Of a stretch of DNA of 64,000 bases, positions 7,212 through 17,800 are shown piece by piece. This DNA is from a virus, in IMG/VR virus record IMGVR_UViG_3300030328_003747, positions 1-64,000 of that record, one strand, 5' to 3'. The notes below the pieces were generated by a model. That model searched no databases and was not told where the DNA came from. It saw only the letters and a program-made list of their open reading frames with translations. A program made the translations under genes and the position numbers. Within the stretch, counting starts at the first letter, position 1, and every line of letters begins with the position of its first letter.

Positions 7212-8888
7212 ATGGCAGGATTTAAACTTACAACATTTACTGGGTTAAGTACAAAAATCTCTCCTCGACTATTGCCTGAAGATATGTCTCAAAATGCTCA
7301 GAATGTTTTATTAGATGCTGGCAGAATAGAAGGGATACCAATCGATACTAATGATGCTTCTGAAACAGGTAATACACATCCTGCATCACATATATCTTCA
7401 AGCACTAAATCAATATTTAAAGCTTCTTCAACCTCCTGGTTTACTTTTACTGAAGATGTAGATGTTATTAGAAGCCCAATTAAAGAAGACACTCAAGGTA
7501 GATTTTATTTTACAGGGTCTGGAACTTATCCAAAATATACATCAACCTCAGTAGGAATATCTGGATCAGGTCCATTCCCAGCAGCAAGTTATAGATTAGG
7601 ACTACCAACCCCACCAGCATTTACTTCTGCTCCTAGTGTAAATAATGCCACCGCTGAAGATGGTGCAACAACAAGTTCAAGAGCTTATATTTATACAGAA
7701 ATAACCACTTTTGGAGAAGAAGGACCTCCTTCAGTAGTAACATCTTCAGAAATTGTAGATGCAGCCAATGGTTCTACTGTTACCTTAAGTATGCCAGCAG
7801 CAACATCTGGAAACTATACAATAGCAAAAAGAAGAATATATAGAACAGATGTAAATGGTGTTTTTAGATTTGTTAAAGATTTGGCTGGAACTTCTTCCGG
7901 CACAACCACAGAAGCGGTTACAGATGATTTGCTTGGGGAAGAAATAGAGTCTTCAGATAATCTAGCACCACCAGATGACACTTCAGCAGATCATCCAGAT
8001 GGACCAATGTTAGGTATTACTGCAATGCCTAATGGTATAACTGCTGGATTCTCAGGCAACACTTTACTTTTTAGTGAGTCATATCTGCCACACTCATATC
8101 CATTAGCAAATCAATTAACAACAAAAGATGATATTGTTGCAATAGCATCTATTGCTTCTGGCTTATTAATAACAACAAAAGGCAAACCTTTATTAGCTTC
8201 AGGAACAGACCCTAGTGCTATGGCTATGGTAGAAATAGATGCAAATTTACCATGCGTAAATAAAAGATCTTTAGTTGATATGGGAGAGTATGCAATCTAT
8301 TCTTCACCAGATGGTCTTGTTTTAGCTACTAATTCAGGGATACAGCTTATTACAGAACAGATACTTACTAGAGATCAATGGCAAACAAATTATTACCCAA
8401 CAAATGTTGAGGCATATGAATATGAGGGAAAATATATAGCGTTTACTTGGGATGGTTCAAATAATGGCACAAAAAAAGGCTTTATATTTGACCCAAGAGG
8501 AGGTAAGAATGCTTTTGTAAATATAGATTTTTATGCTACTGCTGGATATAACGACAGGGAGAATGATGAATTATATTTGGTTATTGATGGTCTTTTAAAG
8601 AAATTTGCTAGAGGAGCTACTAGAAGATCATATGTTTGGAAATCAAAAGAGTTTTATAGTAACAGACCTCTTTCCCCAGGAGTTGCTAAAGTTGACGCTG
8701 AATCTTATTCTTCTTTAACTTTTAAACTTTACGCTGATGGAACTTTAAAGCACACTAAAACTGTAACCAACTCTAATCCTTTTAGACTACCAGGAGGGTA
8801 TAGAGCCAAAGTATTTGAAATACAGTTGGAGGGAACAGATACAATAAACGAAGTTTGTGTTTATGAAAGTCCACAGGAGATAGTCTAG
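7212..8888 (+). CDS. Tail nozzle / virion stabilization protein
   Basis: Beta-rich; FSESYLPHSYP, YSSPDGLV, WKSKEF motifs; position in tail module. Confidence 0.7.
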   Translation: MAGFKLTTFTGLSTKISPRLLPEDMSQNAQNVLLDAGRIEGIPIDTNDASETGNTHPASHISSSTKSIFKASSTSWFTFTEDVDVIRSPIKEDTQGRFYFTGSGTYPKYTSTSVGISGSGPFPAASYRLGLPTPPAFTSAPSVNNATAEDGATTSSRAYIYTEITTFGEEGPPSVVTSSEIVDAANGSTVTLSMPAATSGNYTIAKRRIYRTDVNGVFRFVKDLAGTSSGTTTEAVTDDLLGEEIESSDNLAPPDDTSADHPDGPMLGITAMPNGITAGFSGNTLLFSESYLPHSYPLANQLTTKDDIVAIASIASGLLITTKGKPLLASGTDPSAMAMVEIDANLPCVNKRSLVDMGEYAIYSSPDGLVLATNSGIQLITEQILTRDQWQTNYYPTNVEAYEYEGKYIAFTWDGSNNGTKKGFIFDPRGGKNAFVNIDFYATAGYNDRENDELYLVIDGLLKKFARGATRRSYVWKSKEFYSNRPLSPGVAKVDAESYSSLTFKLYADGTLKHTKTVTNSNPFRLPGGYRAKVFEIQLEGTDTINEVCVYESPQEIV

Positions 8889-10852
8889 TGGCAAATGACA
8901 TCCTAAAAGGAAAAAAGAAAAATCCAAAAGCTAGAGGGACTTTCCCAATTCCCAGAGATTGGAGCCAGGAAGGAAAAAGATTCGGACAATCTATTCAAGA
9001 TGCATTACAACAGCTTAAAGGTGAAAAAGGAAATACATTAGATAGGGCTGTAACTTTTAAAGACCTTGTTGATACAGGAATAGCTAAACAAAATTTTAAT
9101 ATGACTGGATCTGGGTCCAGCTTTGTAATAGGAGATGAAAGTAATATAGATGGAGTTGATACTCCTTCAACACCAACAGGAGTAACAGCTTCAGGAGCTT
9201 TCCAAAACATTTTAGTTTCTTGGGATTACCCAACATATGCTGGACATTCACATACAGAAGTATATGTCAGTAACAGTAATTCCTTCGCCTCAAGAACATT
9301 TTTAGCTCAAACCACATCTTCTGTTTTTAGTCATCAAGTTGGTAATGCAGCAACAAAATATTATTGGATTCGCCATGTAAACCAAAATGATATTTCTGGA
9401 GCGTTTCATAATGATACTCCTGTAAATTCAACAACCTCCCAAGATGTTGGTGCTTTGATGACTTCATTAGGCGAAGATTTATCAGGATTACCGGGCTATA
9501 CAACCATAACAGGCTTGATATCCGATGGAATGGAAGTTATTAGAAGTGCTACCGCACCAACTACAAGAAGTGGTGGCGGTGCTATAAAAATAGATGACAT
9601 ATGGATTGATACAGATGATGGACAAATCTATTTAAGGAACGCAGCAAATAATGCATGGGTAGCTTCAAGAGATGCTCAACTTGTATCAGATGTTTCATCT
9701 TTAACAACAACAGTAAACAGCAACACAGCAAGCATTAGCACGAATGCTACAGCAATATCAACAGAAACATCTGCAAGAACTACAGCAATAAATGCTTTAA
9801 CAGCCACAGTAAATGGAAATACTTCTTCTATAACAACAGTTTCTAATGCGGTGGCAAATGGCACTTCTGCTCAAGCTGGTTATGGAATATCTGTAGATGC
9901 AAACGGAGCAATCGCAGGTATGTATATTATGGCTGATAGTAGTGGAAGCCTTCAAAATAATACATCTTCAACTAATATAGTTTTTGTAGCAGATCAATTA
10001 GCTATTAGATCAAGCGTTGCTGCTGGTGAAAATTCTGATGGTGGCAGTGGAAATGTTTATACACCTTTTATTGTTAGAACTTCTTCAACAACATTAAATG
10101 GAGAAACCGTCCCTGCTGGAGTCTATATTAAAGATGGTTACATACAAAATGGCTCAATAGCAAGTGCAAAAATTGGGAGCCTTAGTGTTGATAAGCTTTC
10201 TGGAACATTTGCTGAATTAGATACTGTTTTAACTGGTCAATTATCAGCAGATTCAATCACTGTTGATGGAGTAACCTTAGATACTGATGGTAGTGGAAAT
10301 TTAATAATTAGAGATGGCGGTGTTGGTGACGATCAGTTAGCAAACTTTAGTGCTGCAAAAATAACAACAGGACAACTAGACTCTGCTAGAGTTAATGTTG
10401 ACACTTTAAATGTTAAATTTTTTGCTGATGTAAGCTCTAAAATATATTCACATACAGGAACAGCAGTACCATTAAGCGTTTTTGGAAAAGCTATTCAATT
10501 TGATGGGTCTTATCCAGGGGATCAAGTAAATAATACTGAAACAACTTTTTTACCAATAACTATTAGTAATGTTAGGAATGGGTCTCAGTATAGAGTTGTT
10601 TATTCTGCTGTATTAGGAGATACAAGAGATGGAACAATTCAATATTCTTTTGATAATTCTTCATGGACATCACTTACTCCAGTTGTGGAATCAGATGCTG
10701 GAACATATAGAACATATGTATTTATTTGGGATGGGACATTAACAGGAATGACTTCAGGACAGTCCCAAGTTTACTGGAGAATTAATTGGGTTGGAGGAAC
10801 TCATAACTCAACATACCAATCAATGTATGTAACAATAGATAATACACAATAA
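8888..10852 (+). CDS. Tail fibre / host-specificity protein
   Basis: GTG start; FN3-like YYWIRHVN, coiled stalk, VYIKDGYIQNGSIASAKIG (DUF1983-like). Confidence 0.7.
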   Translation: MANDILKGKKKNPKARGTFPIPRDWSQEGKRFGQSIQDALQQLKGEKGNTLDRAVTFKDLVDTGIAKQNFNMTGSGSSFVIGDESNIDGVDTPSTPTGVTASGAFQNILVSWDYPTYAGHSHTEVYVSNSNSFASRTFLAQTTSSVFSHQVGNAATKYYWIRHVNQNDISGAFHNDTPVNSTTSQDVGALMTSLGEDLSGLPGYTTITGLISDGMEVIRSATAPTTRSGGGAIKIDDIWIDTDDGQIYLRNAANNAWVASRDAQLVSDVSSLTTTVNSNTASISTNATAISTETSARTTAINALTATVNGNTSSITTVSNAVANGTSAQAGYGISVDANGAIAGMYIMADSSGSLQNNTSSTNIVFVADQLAIRSSVAAGENSDGGSGNVYTPFIVRTSSTTLNGETVPAGVYIKDGYIQNGSIASAKIGSLSVDKLSGTFAELDTVLTGQLSADSITVDGVTLDTDGSGNLIIRDGGVGDDQLANFSAAKITTGQLDSARVNVDTLNVKFFADVSSKIYSHTGTAVPLSVFGKAIQFDGSYPGDQVNNTETTFLPITISNVRNGSQYRVVYSAVLGDTRDGTIQYSFDNSSWTSLTPVVESDAGTYRTYVFIWDGTLTGMTSGQSQVYWRINWVGGTHNSTYQSMYVTIDNTQ

Positions 10853-11223
10853 TGTTATACACAATATATAAAAAAAGCACTGGATTAATATGCGGGACTG
10901 GTTCGAGCCCAGTTGATAGCCTTTCTGATATAGCTATTAATAATGACGAAGGAATAGTTGAAGGAAATTATGACCAGAAAAAATATAAAATTGTTAGCGG
11001 ATCAGCTATTACCTTTGTTCCAAGCTTGTTTCCTGCGTTAAGAAGAAAAAGAAATTTTTTACTTCAAGAGTCCGACTGGACCCAATTACCAGATTGTGGT
11101 CTTTCAAATTCTAAAAAAACTGAATGGCAAACTTATAGGCAAAATTTAAGGGATTTACCTGCTTCTTACAATGAGGGAGATTTACTTGAAAATGTGGTTT
11201 ATCCAACAGCCCCAACCCTTTGA
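10852..11223 (+). CDS. Tail fibre assembly chaperone
   Basis: RNFLLQESDWTQLPD...WQTYRQNLRDLP motif. Confidence 0.85.
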   Translation: MLYTIYKKSTGLICGTGSSPVDSLSDIAINNDEGIVEGNYDQKKYKIVSGSAITFVPSLFPALRRKRNFLLQESDWTQLPDCGLSNSKKTEWQTYRQNLRDLPASYNEGDLLENVVYPTAPTL

Positions 11224-11238
11224 TACAAATGATAAAAA

Positions 11239-11661
11239 GTGATATCTTACAAGAAAATGTTAACACAAGTTGATGTTAGAGATTTTTGGGATTTAATAGC
11301 TCCAGGAGTCTGGGAGATTAAAAATGAATCAGAACCAGACTGGAGACCAGAAGATATTTATACAGCTTTAATAAACAATGTGGCTGAATTATATGTATCT
11401 AAAGAAGAAAATCCTTGTAAAAGTTTTATTATTTTACAAGAAAAACTAAGTATTTTTAATAATACTAAGTCTTTATTAATTTGGTTAGCGTATGATAAAA
11501 GAGGTAATGCAGCAGATAAATACATGAACTATATAGAAAACATGGCGAAACAGAGAGGTTGTAACAAAGTAGAATTTTGGACCCCTTGGGAAAATTTAGC
11601 AAAAGCATTATCTTCTAAAGGTTATAAAACAAAACTTTATTTAACGGAGAAAGAAATATAA
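11239..11661 (+). CDS. Hypothetical protein, GNAT-like
   Basis: LLIWLAY...MAKQRGCNKVEF resembles acetyltransferase-like genes preceding ejection proteins. Confidence 0.45.
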   Translation: MISYKKMLTQVDVRDFWDLIAPGVWEIKNESEPDWRPEDIYTALINNVAELYVSKEENPCKSFIILQEKLSIFNNTKSLLIWLAYDKRGNAADKYMNYIENMAKQRGCNKVEFWTPWENLAKALSSKGYKTKLYLTEKEI

Positions 11662-12260
11662 TGTCATTCGGTGGCGGTTCAGCAACAATTAAAGATACAG
11701 CAGCACAGAAAAAATTAGCGTCTATTGCTGCACAAAGATTTAATCTTTATCAACAATATTATGTTCCTTTAGAAAATCAATATATGTCTGATGTTTTTGC
11801 TATGAAAAGTCCAGCAGCATTTAAAGAAGTTGAAGGTTTTGTTAGTGCTTTACAACAGCCAGAATTTCAAGCAGGAAGGAGGCAATTACAAGCCCAAGCT
11901 TTTGCTCAAGGTATGGACCCTACTAGCGGACAATACCAAGCCAGAGCAGCACAATTCCAGGAAGCACAAGCACAAGGAATGGGAAGAGGCTCTGCTGAAG
12001 CTTTATCTGGTCAATTAGATAGATATTATCAGGGTATGCAAAATATAATAGCAATGGGTCAAGGTCAAGCAGGAAAAGCAATGTCAGGTTTAGGTGATGT
12101 TGGAGCACTAGCCCAAGAAAGAGGAAGGTCAATAGCTCAACAGTCTTTAGGTAGATATACATCAAACTTAGGAGCAGCCGGAAGTGGAGCAGGTCTTGGC
12201 TTTGGATATTATCTTTCACAAAACCCAAATTCTAATTTTGGGGGAGGAAATAATACTTAA
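11661..12260 (+). CDS. Putative internal virion (ejection) protein
   Basis: G/A/Q-rich helical, TAATG coupling. Confidence 0.55.
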   Translation: MSFGGGSATIKDTAAQKKLASIAAQRFNLYQQYYVPLENQYMSDVFAMKSPAAFKEVEGFVSALQQPEFQAGRRQLQAQAFAQGMDPTSGQYQARAAQFQEAQAQGMGRGSAEALSGQLDRYYQGMQNIIAMGQGQAGKAMSGLGDVGALAQERGRSIAQQSLGRYTSNLGAAGSGAGLGFGYYLSQNPNSNFGGGNNT

Positions 12261-12835
12261 TGGCTTTTTTTCAAGACATTTTAGGACCAGGTGGTAAAAC
12301 AGGTTTACCATTACCAGGCTATCAACAAAGCCCAGGATATGGTTCTGGTGTTTATTCAATGCCAAATCCAGGTTTTGGCTTTGGTGGAGAGCCAGGCTAC
12401 GGTGGGCAAACTCCAAACCCAGGATACAATTATGTAAACCCTTTTAGACAAGGAGACCAAGCTGCTCAAGAAACTTTAGCTGATTTATATGAAGCAGAAT
12501 TTCAAGATTATTTAAATAGGTTTTTTCCAGTAGAACAAGACCTTATCTATCAAATGACTGAGGGCTTTGAAGGTTTACAGCAAGAAGAAATTGGTAGAGC
12601 TCAAGAAGCGGTTGCAAAGCAATACGCTAATGTTAGGGGTCAAGAAACAAGAAGGCAGGCTGGTTATGGTTTGTCTTTAAACCCACAAGGGCAAGCAGAT
12701 TATCAAAGATCTCAAACTTCAGCTTTAGTGGCAGCAAAAAACTTTGCACGAATGAGATCAGTTGAAAGAAGAAATCAAATTATTTCAGGTGGTTTAGGAA
12801 GTGCTATGACACAAAGGAGTGCAATAGGTGGCTAG
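12260..12835 (+). CDS. Putative internal virion protein
   Basis: PGYG-rich N-terminus, Q/A-rich helices. Confidence 0.5.
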   Translation: MAFFQDILGPGGKTGLPLPGYQQSPGYGSGVYSMPNPGFGFGGEPGYGGQTPNPGYNYVNPFRQGDQAAQETLADLYEAEFQDYLNRFFPVEQDLIYQMTEGFEGLQQEEIGRAQEAVAKQYANVRGQETRRQAGYGLSLNPQGQADYQRSQTSALVAAKNFARMRSVERRNQIISGGLGSAMTQRSAIGG

Positions 12836-13259
12836 TGGTTTAGGCGGTTTATTAGCAGTAGGTAGAAGACAAAAAGAGCAGGCTTTGTCTGGTCTTACTA
12901 GGGCTGCTGAATTAGAGACTCAAAGAGAAAGTCTTAACAGACAATTAAAAGAACAACGAAGGGCAGCCGAAATGAATGTTGTAGGAACTGTTGGAGGTAT
13001 TGGTGGTGCTCATGTTGCATCTCAATATGCTTCTGCCGATGCAGCAGCAAAAGCAGCAGTAGCAAAAGCAGGTGAAGCGACAATGGCTATGGACCTTGCT
13101 TCTGGAACGGGGGTAAAAGAAGCAATAGCAGCTGAAAAAGCTGCAACCGCAGCAATTGGTACAGCAGAAGCAACCCTGGGAGCAAAAATTGCAGCCGCAG
13201 GTCCAACCATACTTTTAGCTATAGCAGGAGGGTATCTTCTTAAGAAGATATTTGATTAA
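12828..13259 (+). CDS. Putative internal virion protein (Ala-rich, C-terminal hydrophobic helix)
   Basis: Composition and position. Confidence 0.5.
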   Translation: MASGLGGLLAVGRRQKEQALSGLTRAAELETQRESLNRQLKEQRRAAEMNVVGTVGGIGGAHVASQYASADAAAKAAVAKAGEATMAMDLASGTGVKEAIAAEKAATAAIGTAEATLGAKIAAAGPTILLAIAGGYLLKKIFD

Positions 13260-14833
13260 TGAGCTTTTCAGGAGGATTTAAAGATGGTTTTGGTTATTAT
13301 TTAGCTTTTGCTGATGAAGAGAGAAAAAGAAGAGAATTTGAGCAAAACGAAAGATTAATCACATTAAGAGAAGCAGAAGGTGAGAGTCGAGCAAGTTATT
13401 ATGAAAGTTTAGCAGCAACAGCGGAGCGTGAACGATCACTACTGGATGCAAAACCATCAGACTACACAAATGTTGCCCCTGGAGACATTCCATTTTCAGT
13501 ACAGGAAATGATAAATAGGGGTGAGGAGTCTAGAATCAATTTAAAAACCGCTAACCTAAACCTTGACATAGCAGATGCTAACCTGGATGTAGAGTTATTG
13601 AAGCTAAATAATGCAAAAGACCAAGAATCCTTAAGACAAATAGTAAATGTATCTAATTTATTATCTAATGACAATATTAATCCAATAGTGGCATCAAGTA
13701 TGCTAGAAGAAACCCTGGTAAATTTAAGAGATAATGAAGCTTTAGATTTTACAAAATTTGTAAGTGAAGAATATTGGCAAGGATGGGAAAGAATAGCCCC
13801 GTATTTAGAAAACGGAGATTTTGAAACAATAGCAAACGATCATTCAGATGTTTTAACAACAATATTTAGTGAAAGGCTTAAAGTTTTTGAGGGTAAAAAT
13901 TTTATTGCCAGTGATGGCAGGGAAGGAACTATTAAAAATGTTTCTTTCTCTGGTTACAACCCTGTAGCAGACAGTGCTAATATGTTAATTCAAGGCGATT
14001 TTGTTGTTGATTTTAATGGGGTAGAGGAAACTCTAACATCATATTTACCAGACAATGTAAGAGCTCAAAAAAATATAACACAAGACACTGAAGGAAATGA
14101 CGCAGGATCAGTATCTATAGCCGATGTAGTTGATAGAGTCTCTGCTGAAAAAGATTTTGCAATGTTTTTAGTAAATAACCCTGATGCTTTAGAAACATTT
14201 AAAAATGCTACAAAAGGAATGGTTAGGGCAGAAGATGTTGATCCAAGATATTCAGAATCTTTAGTTAAAACATACACACACCTCAAAAAAGAAGGAGAAA
14301 GATATATTGGGGATGTTTGGAGTCGAGCTGAAAAATCAAGGCTAGATACAGTGCTAGATAAAGAGTCAGCTTTTCTTGAAAGTATTTATTTTGCTGACCC
14401 AGGACTAGCTTCACAATATATAAACATAACACCAGATGCTGCTGAAATGGGTGGTGATCTTTTTGAGTATAAAGAAGGTGCTACAGAAGGTGGTTTACAA
14501 GATGCTTGGGTCTCAAAATATGCTGATCCAGAAGGGATTTGGGCAGAAGTTAATAATCTTTATTCAAGTTCAAGAGAGATATATGATATATCAGATGGAA
14601 GGCAACCTTTCTATTTTATATTAGGAACACCCCATAGACTTGATACTCCAAGAGAACAAATTGAATTGTTTTTACAAAACAGATTACAATCTAATCGCCT
14701 GATTGACTATAACGCTTTAAATAATGAAGCAGCTCAACAATGGGAAAACTTATACAACACCCCTTGGGATGAGGTGGACTCTCAAAAATATTTAGCTTTC
14801 ATGTCAGCATTTATAGAAGCAAAGGGGTTATAG
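13259..14833 (+). CDS. Putative internal virion protein
   Basis: 524-aa acidic ORF between small ejection genes and the giant protein. Confidence 0.5.
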   Translation: MSFSGGFKDGFGYYLAFADEERKRREFEQNERLITLREAEGESRASYYESLAATAERERSLLDAKPSDYTNVAPGDIPFSVQEMINRGEESRINLKTANLNLDIADANLDVELLKLNNAKDQESLRQIVNVSNLLSNDNINPIVASSMLEETLVNLRDNEALDFTKFVSEEYWQGWERIAPYLENGDFETIANDHSDVLTTIFSERLKVFEGKNFIASDGREGTIKNVSFSGYNPVADSANMLIQGDFVVDFNGVEETLTSYLPDNVRAQKNITQDTEGNDAGSVSIADVVDRVSAEKDFAMFLVNNPDALETFKNATKGMVRAEDVDPRYSESLVKTYTHLKKEGERYIGDVWSRAEKSRLDTVLDKESAFLESIYFADPGLASQYINITPDAAEMGGDLFEYKEGATEGGLQDAWVSKYADPEGIWAEVNNLYSSSREIYDISDGRQPFYFILGTPHRLDTPREQIELFLQNRLQSNRLIDYNALNNEAAQQWENLYNTPWDEVDSQKYLAFMSAFIEAKGL

Positions 14834-14834
14834 T

Positions 14835-17800
14835 GTGGCAGAAAAATTTGATTTCAGGGACCCTTTTCCAATATCAGGGCAATCGCCATTTCTAGAAGAA
14901 GATAAAGAAGAAGAAGAAGATTCTAAAGTAATTGGTCCTGGAGGTTTATCTGTTTCCGCTGAAGACCAGCCACCATCATTTGACTGGGTTAACCCTATAA
15001 CACCTTTTGCAGACAGCACCACTTGGGCTAATCCCGTAAAAAAATTAGCTTACGAAACTGTCGAATTTGGTTATGATCTAACACGAGGCATTCCAGCCTT
15101 AATGTCTGAAGCCGATGAAAGGTATCCAGATTCTAGCATGGAGAACTTGAAGTATCTTAAAGATTGGGGTTGGACTGGAATAGAAAATATCGGAACTAGA
15201 TTTGAACAAATGTGGAAGGGAATTGAATTTCAAATAAGTGAAAGTGTATCAAGTCCCGAAGCCTCATATTCTCCAGAAGTAATGTCGTATGGTGGTGGAT
15301 ATGGGCAGGATAGATGGAGTGCTCCAAGAATTAACCCAAATTATCTAGAGAGAGAAGAGTTAAGAGCTCAAGGTAAACAAGATTCTGAAATTGATGAAAT
15401 ATTCTCCAAAAGACGAGAACCAGCCCTGAGAGCGTTTCAGGAGGAATGGAAGAACCTTGAAAAAGTTATAAACAAAAGAAACAAAGATGCAAATTTAGGA
15501 GAATATGGTTCCATAGCCGCTTCGGGTGTTGAGTCAGCAGCAGTAATTGCCTCTGGAATAGCTCTTAATTTTGCAACTGGAGGAACAGCTGCTGTCCCTA
15601 CAACAACTACCATCCTTGGTTATTTTGGGCTACAAACCCAAGGTATAAGTTACGGAGAAGCAAGAAGGCAGGGTCTTCCACATGGCGAAGCAGTAAATTA
15701 TGCAAACATAAATGCACTTTTAGAAGTTGGGACAGAAGCATTACCGGTACTAAGATATATGAGACCAATAGGCGGTAAAAGAGTAACAGATATATTTAAA
15801 AGAGGTCTTGCTGATGTAACAACTGATGTAGGAATGGAAGTTGTAAATGGTGTTCTGCAAGAAGTAAATACTGCTTGGTTTGATTTAGAAAGTAATTTAA
15901 AGGATGCTTATGATAACAGAAACAACCCTTTATATGATGGACCAACAGTAGGCGAGGCACTAACGGATGTTGCATCACACTCTTTTTTAGCAGCAATAAT
16001 TGCATCTGGAGGAATTTCTTCTGCAATAACTACAGGGGAAGTTGTTTATTCTCCTGAAGTAAACAATTTAATTAAAGGCTATAAGAATGACCCTAAAATA
16101 AACGAGTTTATAGATAATTTTGAAACATTAGTAAATAACTCAGGACTAAATCATCAAGCTATAGATGAGTTTGCTCAAACAGTTTTTGCCCCAGAGTTTG
16201 CTCAATACAATATATCTACAGTAGAAGAAGTTTTGGCTCAGAAAATTCTAGAAAAAGAATTTATTAAACCAAAAATAACACCAGTAGAAGGGGAAGCAGA
16301 CACACTTACAGAAGAAGGCTTAGAGGAGAAAAGGGCGGAAACAGAAACAAGTGATGAATACTTTGACCGAACATCTAGAATTAACCAAAGAAGAAGGCAA
16401 CAAGCAATAGACCAAGATCCAGAGTGGGCAGAAGCTAGAGAACAAAATGAAAGAATCAATCAAAGTGTTGCTGAACAAGTTGAAGAAAAATTTCCAACAC
16501 AACCTCAAGAATTTTCTTGGAATAATCCATTAGATAATAAAGTTGAGCCTCTAAAAGTTATAACATCAGGAAATGAAGTATTAAATCCAAATTTCAGCAA
16601 CGAGCCTACAACTAAAGAAGACCTTAATATGTGGCAAAGTATTAATAATTATCAAAAATCATTAGAAAGCAAAATACCTGAACAAATAAAACCTATTATA
16701 AAAACCACTTATGACACCAATGATCCTGATTTTATTGCAGTAAGAGATAAGATTATTAAACAAAAAATTTGGAATAATACTAGAAATTATAACGGGCTAA
16801 ATGAAATAATAAAAAATTTCCCAGATTCAGAATACGCTACGATGAGAGATCTTTTACCTGATGAGGTAAATAATGTTGCCACAGCTGCTTTGAACTTAAT
16901 TAATTTAGGTATGCCTATAGAAATTTTTGATGACTTAGGCAGTATTCTTGTTGCCGGAAAAGACTCTTTTAAAAATGTAAGGCAAAACAATAAAGATAAA
17001 GTTCTTATAAGAGGAATTTACTCCACAAAGAATCAATACCTATTATTAGACCCCACTGTTGGAGTTACAACTGGTGAGGCTATGAAAACAAAAACTAATC
17101 TTTCTGAAAAACAATTAAAAGATTTAGATGATGGTAAATACTATGAATCCCCTATGGGAGCTAAATATGAACTTATGCAGATACTATCTCATGAACTAGC
17201 ACATCATATAGATTCATATCAAAGTGGTTTTGATGGATTGTTTGCTTCTCAAGGCTCACCGTTATTTGATATAGACATTAATGATTTTACTTCTAAATTT
17301 CCAGGAATATCTACTGGACCAGGTTATCAATTTACCTCACAAGATTTTGAGAATGCTGGACTTGGACCGATTCTTGCAGAAGCAGTAAGTATGTATTTAA
17401 ATGAAAGTAATTCCTTAGAAGATTCAAAAGCCCTGAGTGCAGCAATGTTGGGCTATCCTTTAAAACAATTATTCTCAATAAGCTCTAGAGAAGAAATTTT
17501 AGAAAAAGGAAAGGACCCTAAAGATTATGAAGCTCAAAACCAAGGCATAGTTGACTTAGTAAAATCAGAAACATTTGCACAACTTTATGCAATGTATTAT
17601 GCTAATAAAGACTTGTTACGGGAGCAAGCTCCCCAAACATACAAATTTATAGAAGAAGTAAATAATGCAATATCAGTTGAATCCTCTGGAGCAAAAAATG
17701 AAAGATTATTATCTGTCTTTCGGTCATCCGATCCCCGCAGAAATCTTGAAGGCGATGCCAGAAGAAGAATTGATCGAGATGTTGGACCAAGCCTTGAAGA